64,000 nt of DNA from an uncultured bacterium (GTDB lineage: Bacteria > Margulisbacteria > WOR-1 > CAVSGV01). Position 1 is the stretch's first letter; each line of letters begins with the position of its first letter. This document shows, one piece after another, positions 46,471 to 54,445 of the stretch. The DNA lies in NCBI GenBank assembly GCA_963727815.1, contig CAVSGV010000006.1, forward strand, positions 583,471-647,470. The letters run 5' to 3'. The notes beneath the pieces are model-generated. The model saw only the letters and a list, made by a program, of their open reading frames with translations. It made no database searches and was not told the origin of the DNA. The position numbers were made by a program, and so were the translations under genes.

Positions 46471-46525
46471 TTTGGGATTTGGTCATTGGGATTTACGCTG
46501 AGCAAAGCGAAGCGTTGGGGGATCG
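46471..46525 (+). repeat. 55-nt direct repeat, copy 2
   Basis: TTTGGGATTTGGTCATTGGGATTTACGCTGAGCAAAGCGAAGCGTTGGGGGATCG. It runs into the intact tRNA-Gln. Confidence 0.85.
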
Positions 46526-46589
46526 TCTAACGGTAGGACAGCTGACTCTGGATCAGCTAATCGGGGTTCAAATCCCTGTCCCCCAGCCA
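46516..46589 (+). tRNA. tRNA-Gln (anticodon CUG), CCA-encoded
   Basis: Hand-folded cloverleaf. Acceptor stem TGGGGGA/TCCCCCA; anticodon stem GCTGA/TCAGC with loop CT-CTG-GA; T arm CGGGG-TTCAAAT-CCCTG; discriminator G + CCA. The 5' UGGGG and 3' CCCCAGCCA ends resemble E. coli tRNA-Gln. Confidence 0.9.
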
Positions 46590-46632
46590 GCCTTCGCCAA
46601 GGCTTCGGCTGGCAAGCCAGCAGGGTAAATTT

Positions 46633-46878
46633 ATGACATATTATGTGTATATACTTCGCAGCACCAAAACCAACAATCTCTATAAAGGGATCACAACTGA
46701 TATGGATCGCAGGATGAAACAGCATAATATCGATAAATCTTCCCATACCGATAAAACAGACGGACCTTTTGAAATATTATGGCTTTGTGCTTTCACTGAC
46801 AAAATAAGGGCGATTGATTTTGAAAAATATCTGAAAAGTGGCTCAGGTAGAGCATTTATAAATAGACATTTAACATGA
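46633..46878 (+). CDS. GIY-YIG nuclease-domain protein (UPF0213/YhbQ-like, stand-alone)
   Basis: 81 aa: YYVYILRS...LYKGITTDMDRRMKQHN...FEKYLKSGSGRAFI (GIY / YIG / Arg / Glu elements). Confidence 0.8.
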   Translation: MTYYVYILRSTKTNNLYKGITTDMDRRMKQHNIDKSSHTDKTDGPFEILWLCAFTDKIRAIDFEKYLKSGSGRAFINRHLT

Positions 46879-46880
46879 TA

Positions 46881-46937
46881 GGGGAACAAATCCTTGGCCG
46901 CCGAAGCCCGCAGGGCGAAGGAGGCCCTGTCCCCCAG
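46881..46937 (+). pseudogene. 3' fragment of tRNA-Gln (T arm + acceptor 3' strand) split by a 33-nt insert
   Basis: GGGGAACAAATCC + [TTGGCCGCCGAAGCCCGCAGGGCGAAGGAGGCC] + CTGTCCCCCAG, compared with intact GGGGTTCAAATCC|CTGTCCCCCAG. It begins 2 nt after the GIY-YIG stop. Confidence 0.7.
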
Positions 46938-47071
46938 TTAAGTACTTAGTGTGAGCATGAGTACGGTGTCTTGAGCAACGCAAAGATATAAGGCTCGTTA
47001 CTCAAAACTCAAACTCACACTCAAGACTATGATGCCGGCGCGGAGGACAAATCCCATAGAAAAACCCCGGA

Positions 47072-47674
47072 TCAAAGAGCAAGTATCTTGTCCGCTAAAT
47101 CGCTTACGAATGATTTGATCTCCTTGTCGGTCATCGTGCCGTTCGGAGAGGAAACAACAATCTCTATAAAATGGTCTTTTAGCCCGGTAAGGAATATCCA
47201 TTCAACATTTACGATGTTCCTCTTGGTGGTCTTGTATTTCACATAAAAGAAATTCATTTTCTTGCTCTGGCCCAACACGATCTTGCTGGATTCGATCTTA
47301 TTTGCCGTCTGATAAAAGTTCTTCAGAAGCAGGTCTGAAAAGGTGTTAAGGTATTTGCCGAACTCTGTTTTTACCGCGTTCGAATCTGTCCCGTTCGGAA
47401 TGGATTTTAAGTTGTTGTTATAGATGCAAACCGCGGTCGAGGCATCTTTCAGCTTATAATAAACTCCCATGCCCGCGCCCGGGTCCACTTTTTCCGCGTT
47501 AATTATGCTTGTCCTGACCCAGCCGGATATCTTGGCGGGAAGGGATCTGCTCATTTTCATTTCATAGCCGGTCTCGGCATAAAGGACGTATTGAAGCCCG
47601 ATAACTGCGATCAACACGAACAGGACCGGGACAAATAGACGGAACATCAACGATGCATTTTTGCTGTTTTTCAT
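47072..47674 (-). CDS. Membrane-anchored hypothetical protein
   Basis: 200 aa with an N-terminal TM (LMFRLFVPVLFVLIAVIGL). AT-rich gene; no family recognised. Confidence 0.5.
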   Translation of the reverse strand: MKNSKNASLMFRLFVPVLFVLIAVIGLQYVLYAETGYEMKMSRSLPAKISGWVRTSIINAEKVDPGAGMGVYYKLKDASTAVCIYNNNLKSIPNGTDSNAVKTEFGKYLNTFSDLLLKNFYQTANKIESSKIVLGQSKKMNFFYVKYKTTKRNIVNVEWIFLTGLKDHFIEIVVSSPNGTMTDKEIKSFVSDLADKILAL

Positions 47675-47835
47675 TTTTCATCACCTCTGTTGGTCAATTA
47701 TATTATAATAGAACTAATATTACAATTTAATAAATATGCCTGCCATTTCGCCCAGAAAATGAATCCGCTGCTGCGGCTGCATGAACCTCTTTGATTAATC
47801 CGCTATTTATCGTATAATCTGCGTGAGGTGTAACA

Positions 47836-48636
47836 ATGAAACAACTGCTGCTGATAGTATTATGCGTTCTGGTTCCGTCTGTCGCCCGCGCCGAACAATT
47901 CAATGTTACATCGATAAACCCGAGCCCTGTCTACATAAACGTTTTCAACAAGGATGATGGAAAGCCTCTCTGGCATTATGTTACCAGCGTCCAAACCCTC
48001 GAATCGGAAGGGAACGTCACGCTGCAGGTGACCGAAAAATGCGAAGGCATATGGGACAACAAAGATGAAAGGACCTGGGTCTCGGTGAGCACTTACTCTT
48101 ATGCGGACAACAAGGTCGTGCCGGTCCACGCGCTGCTCACCTTTTATGATCCCAACGGAAGAGAGATCGATTCGCTGGAGAAAGACTATTCCCTGGCCGA
48201 CAATAAGGTCCACTGCAAGAAGATCAACAAGGAGAAAACATTCGATATCACCGAGGAGGACAAAGATTTTGATTTTGACGCTGACCTGGTGGACAAGGAG
48301 ATACTCGGCGTGTGCTTCATGAACTATCCGTACGACAGGAAAGAGGATCTTGAGTTCCATATGATGACGAACGAGCCCGCGCATTACAAAATGAAGATCG
48401 TTAACCTGGGAAAGGAGACCCTTAAGCTGGACGGCAGCTCGGTGGAATGCTACAAGCTGCAGATGATACCCGACCTGGGCTTCCTCGGGATATTCGCTCC
48501 GTTCGTGCCCAAGACCTATTTCTGGTATAAAGCCGCGGCTCCGCATGAATTTGTGCGTTATGAAGGCCTTGAGAGCGGACTTAATACACCTTACGTTGTC
48601 ATGGAAGTATCAGAGCAAACGGATCAGGATCAGTGA
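47836..48636 (+). CDS. Secreted hypothetical protein
   Basis: 266 aa with a signal peptide (MKQLLLIVLCVLVPSVARA) and a beta-rich composition. It could be a DUF3108-like barrel, but I cannot support that from sequence alone. Confidence 0.5.
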   Translation: MKQLLLIVLCVLVPSVARAEQFNVTSINPSPVYINVFNKDDGKPLWHYVTSVQTLESEGNVTLQVTEKCEGIWDNKDERTWVSVSTYSYADNKVVPVHALLTFYDPNGREIDSLEKDYSLADNKVHCKKINKEKTFDITEEDKDFDFDADLVDKEILGVCFMNYPYDRKEDLEFHMMTNEPAHYKMKIVNLGKETLKLDGSSVECYKLQMIPDLGFLGIFAPFVPKTYFWYKAAAPHEFVRYEGLESGLNTPYVVMEVSEQTDQDQ

Positions 48637-50021
48637 AGGTTGTCCTCGAAGAATTTGACTATTTTCGGCCATGAATCCGCAGAAGCGTCGGCGTTGCCTT
48701 TAGGAGACCCGCCGTATTCTATCTTTCCTCCGGCAGACTTGTTCCTCGCGGCGGATATCGTGGTCGGCAGATAAGGAACTGAGATCATGTGCCCGGCGTT
48801 GTCATAGAAAAGTTCCGCATCGTTCGTCCTTCCCGCTCTTCTCAGCCTGTCCATCGCCATTTTACACATCTTACCCGACGGCCAGACCTTGTCGTCGCGC
48901 GCCGAGACCAAAAGCACCGGACCGTTTATCTTTTCGACCGGGATCATTGCATCCACAACGGCTGCCTTATCCTTCAATGCCCCTGAATACAGAGAGGAGG
49001 TCAGTATAGGTCCGCCGGTCATTTTGGCCCACATTGCTCCGGTAATGAAAAAGAAAGACGGCTTCACGTGAAGATACGGCAGCTCCTCGCCTTTGTAATC
49101 CCAAGAAGAAGTGTTCTTGTATTTTTCGATAGCGCTGGGAGACTGCCATACGACGCTGCTCGGGACTACCCCGACCGCCGCTTTGAAATCTGGATAGTAT
49201 GAAGCCCCAAGAAGAGCGAGCTCTCCGCCCTTTGATCTTCCGATGATGCCCAAGCCGTTCTTTGATACGGACGGATTGCCTTCAAGCCATCTCATGGCTT
49301 TCTCAAGATATTCAAGCCTGATGCCGGAAAGTTCCCGCGGTACTCCCGAACGTCCGAAGTAGGCGAGAGAGAACGCCACGAATCCGCGCGATGCAAGGAG
49401 AGCTGAATAATCTTCCCGAATGCCGCCGTCGGAGCCGCCGAGCACTATTATGCCGGGCGCCGCCGTGGTCTTTGCGGGTTTGAAAAGAACGCCCACCAGG
49501 CCGTCCTCATCCACCGGGACCCTTGTGACGCCGGGAGCCATGTAATAACGGGGGATCTTCTTTTCAGCTGTTATGACGCCGTTGACCTCAACCTCCAGCG
49601 AAAGATCCTCACGGGCTATTTTCTGGTTCGAATATGCTGTGCCTTCTTTCTGGTCTTCGGGTCTCATGGACCAGATGAGCCCCATCGGCTCCAAGCCGGA
49701 GTATGTGCCCGACACCGGCGCCTGCTTTTTCAGGTCAATAACGCCGTCTTCGTCCGCCTTAACTTCAGCTTCCGACCTCCACCATTTTCCGGAATCATCC
49801 TTCATCCTGGCTCTTAATGTCACCTGCTGATAAGGTTCGAATCCTGTTATCTTTATGCTGAGGACGTCATCCACCATGGGATTCTCCGGCATCACGATGA
49901 CGTTTATGCGGTCGCTGGTATGTTTTAATCCGGGAAGGACGATCTTTGCGGCGACAAAAGCTATCACCGCCAGCAGGATGACGGCGGCTATCGAGTACCG
50001 TATCCATTTCAAATTCATCAT
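48630..50021 (-). CDS. Membrane-anchored acyl-CoA thioesterase/BAAT-family alpha/beta hydrolase
   Basis: N-terminal TM, a Bile_Hydr_Trans-like beta-sandwich (VDDVLSIKITGFEPYQQVTLRARM...), then a hydrolase domain with a GRSKGGE nucleophile elbow. Confidence 0.65.
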   Translation of the reverse strand: MMNLKWIRYSIAAVILLAVIAFVAAKIVLPGLKHTSDRINVIVMPENPMVDDVLSIKITGFEPYQQVTLRARMKDDSGKWWRSEAEVKADEDGVIDLKKQAPVSGTYSGLEPMGLIWSMRPEDQKEGTAYSNQKIAREDLSLEVEVNGVITAEKKIPRYYMAPGVTRVPVDEDGLVGVLFKPAKTTAAPGIIVLGGSDGGIREDYSALLASRGFVAFSLAYFGRSGVPRELSGIRLEYLEKAMRWLEGNPSVSKNGLGIIGRSKGGELALLGASYYPDFKAAVGVVPSSVVWQSPSAIEKYKNTSSWDYKGEELPYLHVKPSFFFITGAMWAKMTGGPILTSSLYSGALKDKAAVVDAMIPVEKINGPVLLVSARDDKVWPSGKMCKMAMDRLRRAGRTNDAELFYDNAGHMISVPYLPTTISAARNKSAGGKIEYGGSPKGNADASADSWPKIVKFFEDNLH

Positions 50022-51142
50022 ACTTTTGTGCCGGGGGAAACTATCCCGATGACGTCTTTCAATATCTTGAGCGATGCTTCGCTGTCGTCCGGCTGGATGT
50101 TCATCATCATCACCAGCGTCACGCCGGTCCTGGGGTTCCTGACCATGTAGCTTATGAAGCCCGGCAGCCCGCCGTTGTGGCCCACATATCCGCCGAAGGT
50201 AAAAACATTATATCCGTATCTGGCGGTCGGGAAATCCTTGAGCGCTTTAACGGCGACCCAGGAGTTCATGCGTTCCCTCTGCAGTTTTCTTGAGAGAAGG
50301 GAGCCGTCCGTGACGGCGGTCGCGAATTTTTCCATGTCGTACACGTTCGATATCATCGCGCCGGCGGCCCAGCCCCAGGAAACGTCCATCTTGGTCCAGT
50401 CGTAATATTTGGCGCCTTCGATCATGTACCCGTGCGCAATGGGTCCGCCCGTATCCGTGCCTTTCGGGAAATAAGTGTTATTCAGCCCCAGCTTGTCGAT
50501 GAACCGGTTCTTTATCTCCGCGTCAAGTGTGTTCCCAGTGATCTTTTCGATGATCATTCCAAGAAGCGCAGTATTGGTGTTCGAATAATGGAAGCCCTGT
50601 CCCGGCTGAAAATACGGCTTGTGTTTTAAGGCATAAGATATGAGGTCTTCCGGAGCGAAAGAATGCAGATGCCCTTCCTGAAATGTCTTGCCGAAATCCG
50701 CGTCTTCACTGTAGTTGAAAAGCCCGCTGGTGTGGTTCATCAGCATCTTCAGGGTTATCATGTCGGAATACGGTATGCCCGGATAGTATTTGCTTAGTTT
50801 GTCGTTGAGGTCCAGCCTGCCTTCATCGGCGAGCTGCATTATTACAGTGGCAACGAATATCTTCGTGTTGCTTCCCATGCGGAACCTGTCGTTCTCCTTC
50901 ATTTTTATGTTCGACTTGATGTCGGAACGGCCGTACGCCTTCACGTATCCGCCTTTTCCGGGGACCCATACCCCGAGGATCATTCCGGGTGCGTGGTAAA
51001 GTTTCATGTATTTGTTCGCTATCATGTCCAGTTTGTCCTGTGTTTCACTTGTCCTGGGATCGCTTATCCTGACGCAGGATGACGCCGTAAATATCAGGGC
51101 GGCGCAGGCTGATAGGATCAATATATTTTTTGTCGTTATCAT
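50018..51142 (-). CDS. Serine hydrolase of the beta-lactamase/PBP (class C-like) family, probable lipoprotein
   Basis: SxxK (SNTK), YxN (YSN) and HNG motifs in the expected order. Lipobox-like FTASSC. There are 4-nt overlaps with both neighbours. Confidence 0.8.
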   Translation of the reverse strand: MITTKNILILSACAALIFTASSCVRISDPRTSETQDKLDMIANKYMKLYHAPGMILGVWVPGKGGYVKAYGRSDIKSNIKMKENDRFRMGSNTKIFVATVIMQLADEGRLDLNDKLSKYYPGIPYSDMITLKMLMNHTSGLFNYSEDADFGKTFQEGHLHSFAPEDLISYALKHKPYFQPGQGFHYSNTNTALLGMIIEKITGNTLDAEIKNRFIDKLGLNNTYFPKGTDTGGPIAHGYMIEGAKYYDWTKMDVSWGWAAGAMISNVYDMEKFATAVTDGSLLSRKLQRERMNSWVAVKALKDFPTARYGYNVFTFGGYVGHNGGLPGFISYMVRNPRTGVTLVMMMNIQPDDSEASLKILKDVIGIVSPGTKV

Positions 51143-51630
51143 TTTTTTCTCTTTCCTCCAATTTGCGGGATCGCTATTGCAAGTATCAACACGATGACAG
51201 GAATGACGATGTCGGTCAAATAAATTGAAGGCCCGGCATTATAAACGGCGGTGTTGCCGCTCAGGATAAGGTCCCGAATGTGGCCGACGGCGCAGCCGAT
51301 CAGGAAGATCGCATTTGCAAGGGCCGCGGCAAACCAGAAATTCCCTCTTATCCAGATCGTCAGAACGGCGATCACCCCGAAAGCCAGGTCGGCAACCCCC
51401 ACCTCATACTGGAACGGTGAGCCGGCCGGCCAGCCTATCATCGCCGCTATTTGCGGGCCGTTGAAAACATGGCCGAAGAAAGCGATCAACCCGCCGAAGC
51501 CGATGTTGACGACCATTATATATATGAAAGCGATCTCGAGCATTTTCTTCAGAGTCCGCGGCTTTTTCATGATAGCCGCATGGACAATAATACAGATTAT
51601 CGCGATACCGATGAAAATATACGAAAGCAT
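51139..51630 (-). CDS. Integral membrane protein (4-5 TM)
   Basis: 163-aa hydrophobic protein and first gene of the 51630->48630 operon. The family is uncertain (possibly a DUF6790-like protein). Confidence 0.55.
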   Translation of the reverse strand: MLSYIFIGIAIICIIVHAAIMKKPRTLKKMLEIAFIYIMVVNIGFGGLIAFFGHVFNGPQIAAMIGWPAGSPFQYEVGVADLAFGVIAVLTIWIRGNFWFAAALANAIFLIGCAVGHIRDLILSGNTAVYNAGPSIYLTDIVIPVIVLILAIAIPQIGGKRKK

Positions 51631-51767
51631 TTATCCGCCTCCACAGACAAGTTTATCAGTTTGATGATGAAAGTCAAAACAGTAAGGCGAGATGAGAGAT
51701 ATGAGATGGGAGATGGGAAAAAAGTGAAATTTCAGCCGATTAATTCGGATAATATAACGGAACAAAT

Positions 51768-52484
51768 ATGGGCAATATAACGATAGGTTATCCATTTTCA
51801 CCAAAAGCGATCGTTGAACTGACACGACAAGGCATTATGGCCGGCGAGGTCAACTTGATCAGGGATACCTTGGACGGCCTTTGTCATAAAGGACCTCTCG
51901 GACCGATAGGCGGATTGTATGATCTTCGGGCTCTTTCGATCAAGCCTCTTTTCAATGTGTTCAATGCGATGGCCTGTTTGACCAGATTTTCTATTGATAA
52001 GATCAGGGTCAAGGTCGGAGATCGGATCGAAAACAAACTTGTCATCGGTCTGCAATTTTCCATTAAACCGCTTGGTAAAGGTGAAGTATTTATCGGCATC
52101 GGTTCTTTGTTTGAAATTGCAAAGTCCGCTGTTTATGGATTGGAAGGTGACCAGATCGGGATATTGAACAAACTTATAAAGGTTTGTCCCAAACTTACGT
52201 TCGGGGGATTTGACAAGAAACCCTTCAATGATTCAGATTTGATCATATATGGGGAGAAGAGCAGCGATCATTATATGTGGAGCAGTCATCCCCAGATCGG
52301 ATGTCCTCTTGGCGGGTTGGCGGAACCGAAAAAAGGCAATCAGGACCTGAACAAGAGGATCGAATCTCACAGATTGGGACCTGGCCTATCTTTAGGCCGG
52401 AAAGGCTGGCAGCTTCGCCATGCTCTCTGGCAGTATCTAAGGAAAACCGGCTTCGAATTCGCCTGTTTTGTAGAAGAGAGATAG
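51768..52484 (+). CDS. Orphan protein, MGN-paralogue A
   Basis: 238 aa and soluble. It shares an N-terminal block and internal blocks with the next gene (see findings). Confidence 0.5.
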   Translation: MGNITIGYPFSPKAIVELTRQGIMAGEVNLIRDTLDGLCHKGPLGPIGGLYDLRALSIKPLFNVFNAMACLTRFSIDKIRVKVGDRIENKLVIGLQFSIKPLGKGEVFIGIGSLFEIAKSAVYGLEGDQIGILNKLIKVCPKLTFGGFDKKPFNDSDLIIYGEKSSDHYMWSSHPQIGCPLGGLAEPKKGNQDLNKRIESHRLGPGLSLGRKGWQLRHALWQYLRKTGFEFACFVEER

Positions 52485-52551
52485 GCAAATAAACATACGA
52501 CAATTGAACGTGTGAATTCTAGGACATGTATCCGATAAGGAGACAAATGGT

Positions 52552-53136
52552 ATGGGCAATTTTATGATAGGACCGGAGTTATCGACGAAGGCGATATCTA
52601 ATCTATCTAGTCAGGGGATAACCCAGAAGCAGATCGAATCGATCAAAACAACATTGGAAGGCCTTATACGAGATAGAGCGATACTTTCGCAAATGCTAGG
52701 TGGCGGGGGGTTCATCAACTGCCGTTTGGCAGGCTACTCCTTAAATATAATTAATGTTCCCGCCGGACGCGTGTTGACGTCTAGGCTGGCGGTCGGATTG
52801 AAATTTTCCGCGGAAGTTGACACGAATACAGGAAAGGTGATACCGGATTATGACTTTTTCCTCGTAGCGCGTTCCGCTTTTTATGGCTCTGGATCGGGTA
52901 AAGGCTTCTTGCTCGCCAAGCTTTCAAAGGCTGCCCCCGGGATTGAATTCGGGGCCGTGGGCACGGAATATTCGAGCACTTCCTATTTTATGTGGAGAAA
53001 AGACGTCGGTATGGGAAGGCTTGTCAATGATCCCCCCAGACCAAGAGCAGGAAATGAAAGGGGAAAAGTTCTGCTTGAATTATGGAAGATCGTTAATGAT
53101 AAGGATCATCCGCAGGAACTCGCTTTTTTGTTGTGA
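52552..53136 (+). CDS. Orphan protein, MGN-paralogue B
   Basis: 194 aa, with AAGGAG 8 nt upstream of the ATG. It is a paralogue of 51768..52484. Confidence 0.5.
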   Translation: MGNFMIGPELSTKAISNLSSQGITQKQIESIKTTLEGLIRDRAILSQMLGGGGFINCRLAGYSLNIINVPAGRVLTSRLAVGLKFSAEVDTNTGKVIPDYDFFLVARSAFYGSGSGKGFLLAKLSKAAPGIEFGAVGTEYSSTSYFMWRKDVGMGRLVNDPPRPRAGNERGKVLLELWKIVNDKDHPQELAFLL

Positions 53137-53218
53137 AAAAATAACGGGATATACCCCCGATTTAATCAACTTGTCACATTTTCTTTTCTGTGCAATAATC
53201 TTTCTTTGATTACTGCAA

Positions 53219-54301
53219 ATGACAAAATGCATCCTCGCGCTTGAAGACGGCCTCGTTTTTGAAGGACATTCCTGCGGTCACGACGGGGAATCCTTCGGCG
53301 AAGTAGTTTTCAACACCGCGATGTCCGGCTACCAGGAAATTCTCACGGACCCGTCATACAAAGGCCAGCTCATCACCATGACATACCCTCTCATAGGCAA
53401 CTACGGCGTGAACGAAGAAGATATCGAATCATCCCGCCCGTGGGCCGAAGGTTTCATCATGAAAGAATGCTCGAAGGTCACATCCAATTTCCGCTCTACT
53501 ATGTCGCTCCGCGATTACCTGAAACAGAACAAGATCGTTGCCATCGAAGGCATCGATACGAGAGCGCTGACGAAGCACCTCCGCGACAATGGCTCGAAAA
53601 AAGCCGTTATGTCCTCGATCGACTTTGATATCAAGAGGCTCATCAAAAAAGCGAAAGATTCGCCAAGCATCGTAGGGGTCGACCTTGCGAAGGAAGTGTC
53701 ATGTAACAAAAAATATTCGTGGTCCAAAAAAGGAAAATATAAGGTCGTTGTCCTCGACTGCGGAATAAAATACAGTACTCTCAGAACACTTGCGGCGCTC
53801 GATTGTCAGGTCGAGGTAGTGCCCGCATCGACCACGGCGGAAGAAATATTCAAGATGAAACCCGACGGCGTACAACTTAGTAACGGTCCGGGCGATCCCG
53901 AAGGTGTGCCGTATGTCATCGAGACGATCCGCAAATTGATAGGCAAGGTTCCGATATTCGGCATCTGCTTCGGCCATCAGCTGCTGGGCTTGGCGATGGG
54001 CGGGAAAACATATAAGCTGAAATTCGGCCATCACGGCGGCAACCATCCCGTTCAGGACGTAAAGACCAAGAAGATCGCCATCACGTCCCAGAACCACAAC
54101 TTCTGCGTTGACATCGAGTCGCTCGATAAAAGGAACATTGAGGTCACTCACATAAACTTGAACGACAATACGGTGGAAGGCATGCGGCACAAGAAATTCC
54201 CGTTGTTCTCGGTGCAGTATCATCCCGAAGCCGCTCCGGGTCCGCATGATTCGAAATATCTGTTCGAGCGTTTCGTCAAAATGATAAAGGAGTGGAAATA
54301 G
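53219..54301 (+). CDS. carA: Carbamoyl-phosphate synthase small (glutaminase) subunit
   Basis: 360 aa with a class-I amidotransferase triad context (GICFGHQLL, ...HPE) and the CarA N-terminal domain (LEDGLVFEG...). Confidence 0.95.
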   Translation: MTKCILALEDGLVFEGHSCGHDGESFGEVVFNTAMSGYQEILTDPSYKGQLITMTYPLIGNYGVNEEDIESSRPWAEGFIMKECSKVTSNFRSTMSLRDYLKQNKIVAIEGIDTRALTKHLRDNGSKKAVMSSIDFDIKRLIKKAKDSPSIVGVDLAKEVSCNKKYSWSKKGKYKVVVLDCGIKYSTLRTLAALDCQVEVVPASTTAEEIFKMKPDGVQLSNGPGDPEGVPYVIETIRKLIGKVPIFGICFGHQLLGLAMGGKTYKLKFGHHGGNHPVQDVKTKKIAITSQNHNFCVDIESLDKRNIEVTHINLNDNTVEGMRHKKFPLFSVQYHPEAAPGPHDSKYLFERFVKMIKEWK

Positions 54302-54307
54302 GTTGAT

Positions 54308-54434
54308 GTCATTCTGAGTCCTTCGGATCCTGTCATGCTGAGCGCAGCGAAGCATCTGCATTCCTGCTCCTCAGGACAGGCTCCGCGAAGAATCTGTGTT
54401 GAAAATGCAGACCCTTCGCTTTGCTCAGGGTGAC
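54308..54434. repeat. Cluster of GTCAYNCTGAGC..GCGAAG-type short repeats forming a long imperfect inverted repeat
   Basis: GTCATTCTGAGTCCTTCGGATCC (54308-54330), GTCATGCTGAGCGCAGCGAAGCATCTGCAT (54332-54361), and the inverted copy ATGCAGACCCTTCGCTTTGCTCAGGGTGAC (54405-54434). It fills the whole carA-carB spacer. Confidence 0.7.
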
Positions 54435-54445
54435 AAAAAAATAAC

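Noticed and set aside
46319-46525. A possible CRISPR array, suggested by direct repeats with a spacer.
   Set aside because: - There are only two 55-nt copies.
- The repeat includes the tRNA 5' end.
- There are no cas genes and no regular repeat-spacer periodicity anywhere in the window.
46309-46746. Track ORFs 46309..46530(+) and 46483..46746(-), which cross the tRNA-Gln gene and its repeats.
   Set aside because: - They are translations of repeat and tRNA DNA.
- The minus-strand ORF runs antisense through the tRNA and the GIY-YIG start.
- There is no RBS or family support.
46516-47071. A tRNA-linked genomic island or prophage.
   Set aside because: - No integrase, transposase or phage genes follow the tRNA.
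- The duplicated tRNA 3' segment lies only ~290 nt downstream, so the 'island' is just the GIY-YIG cassette.
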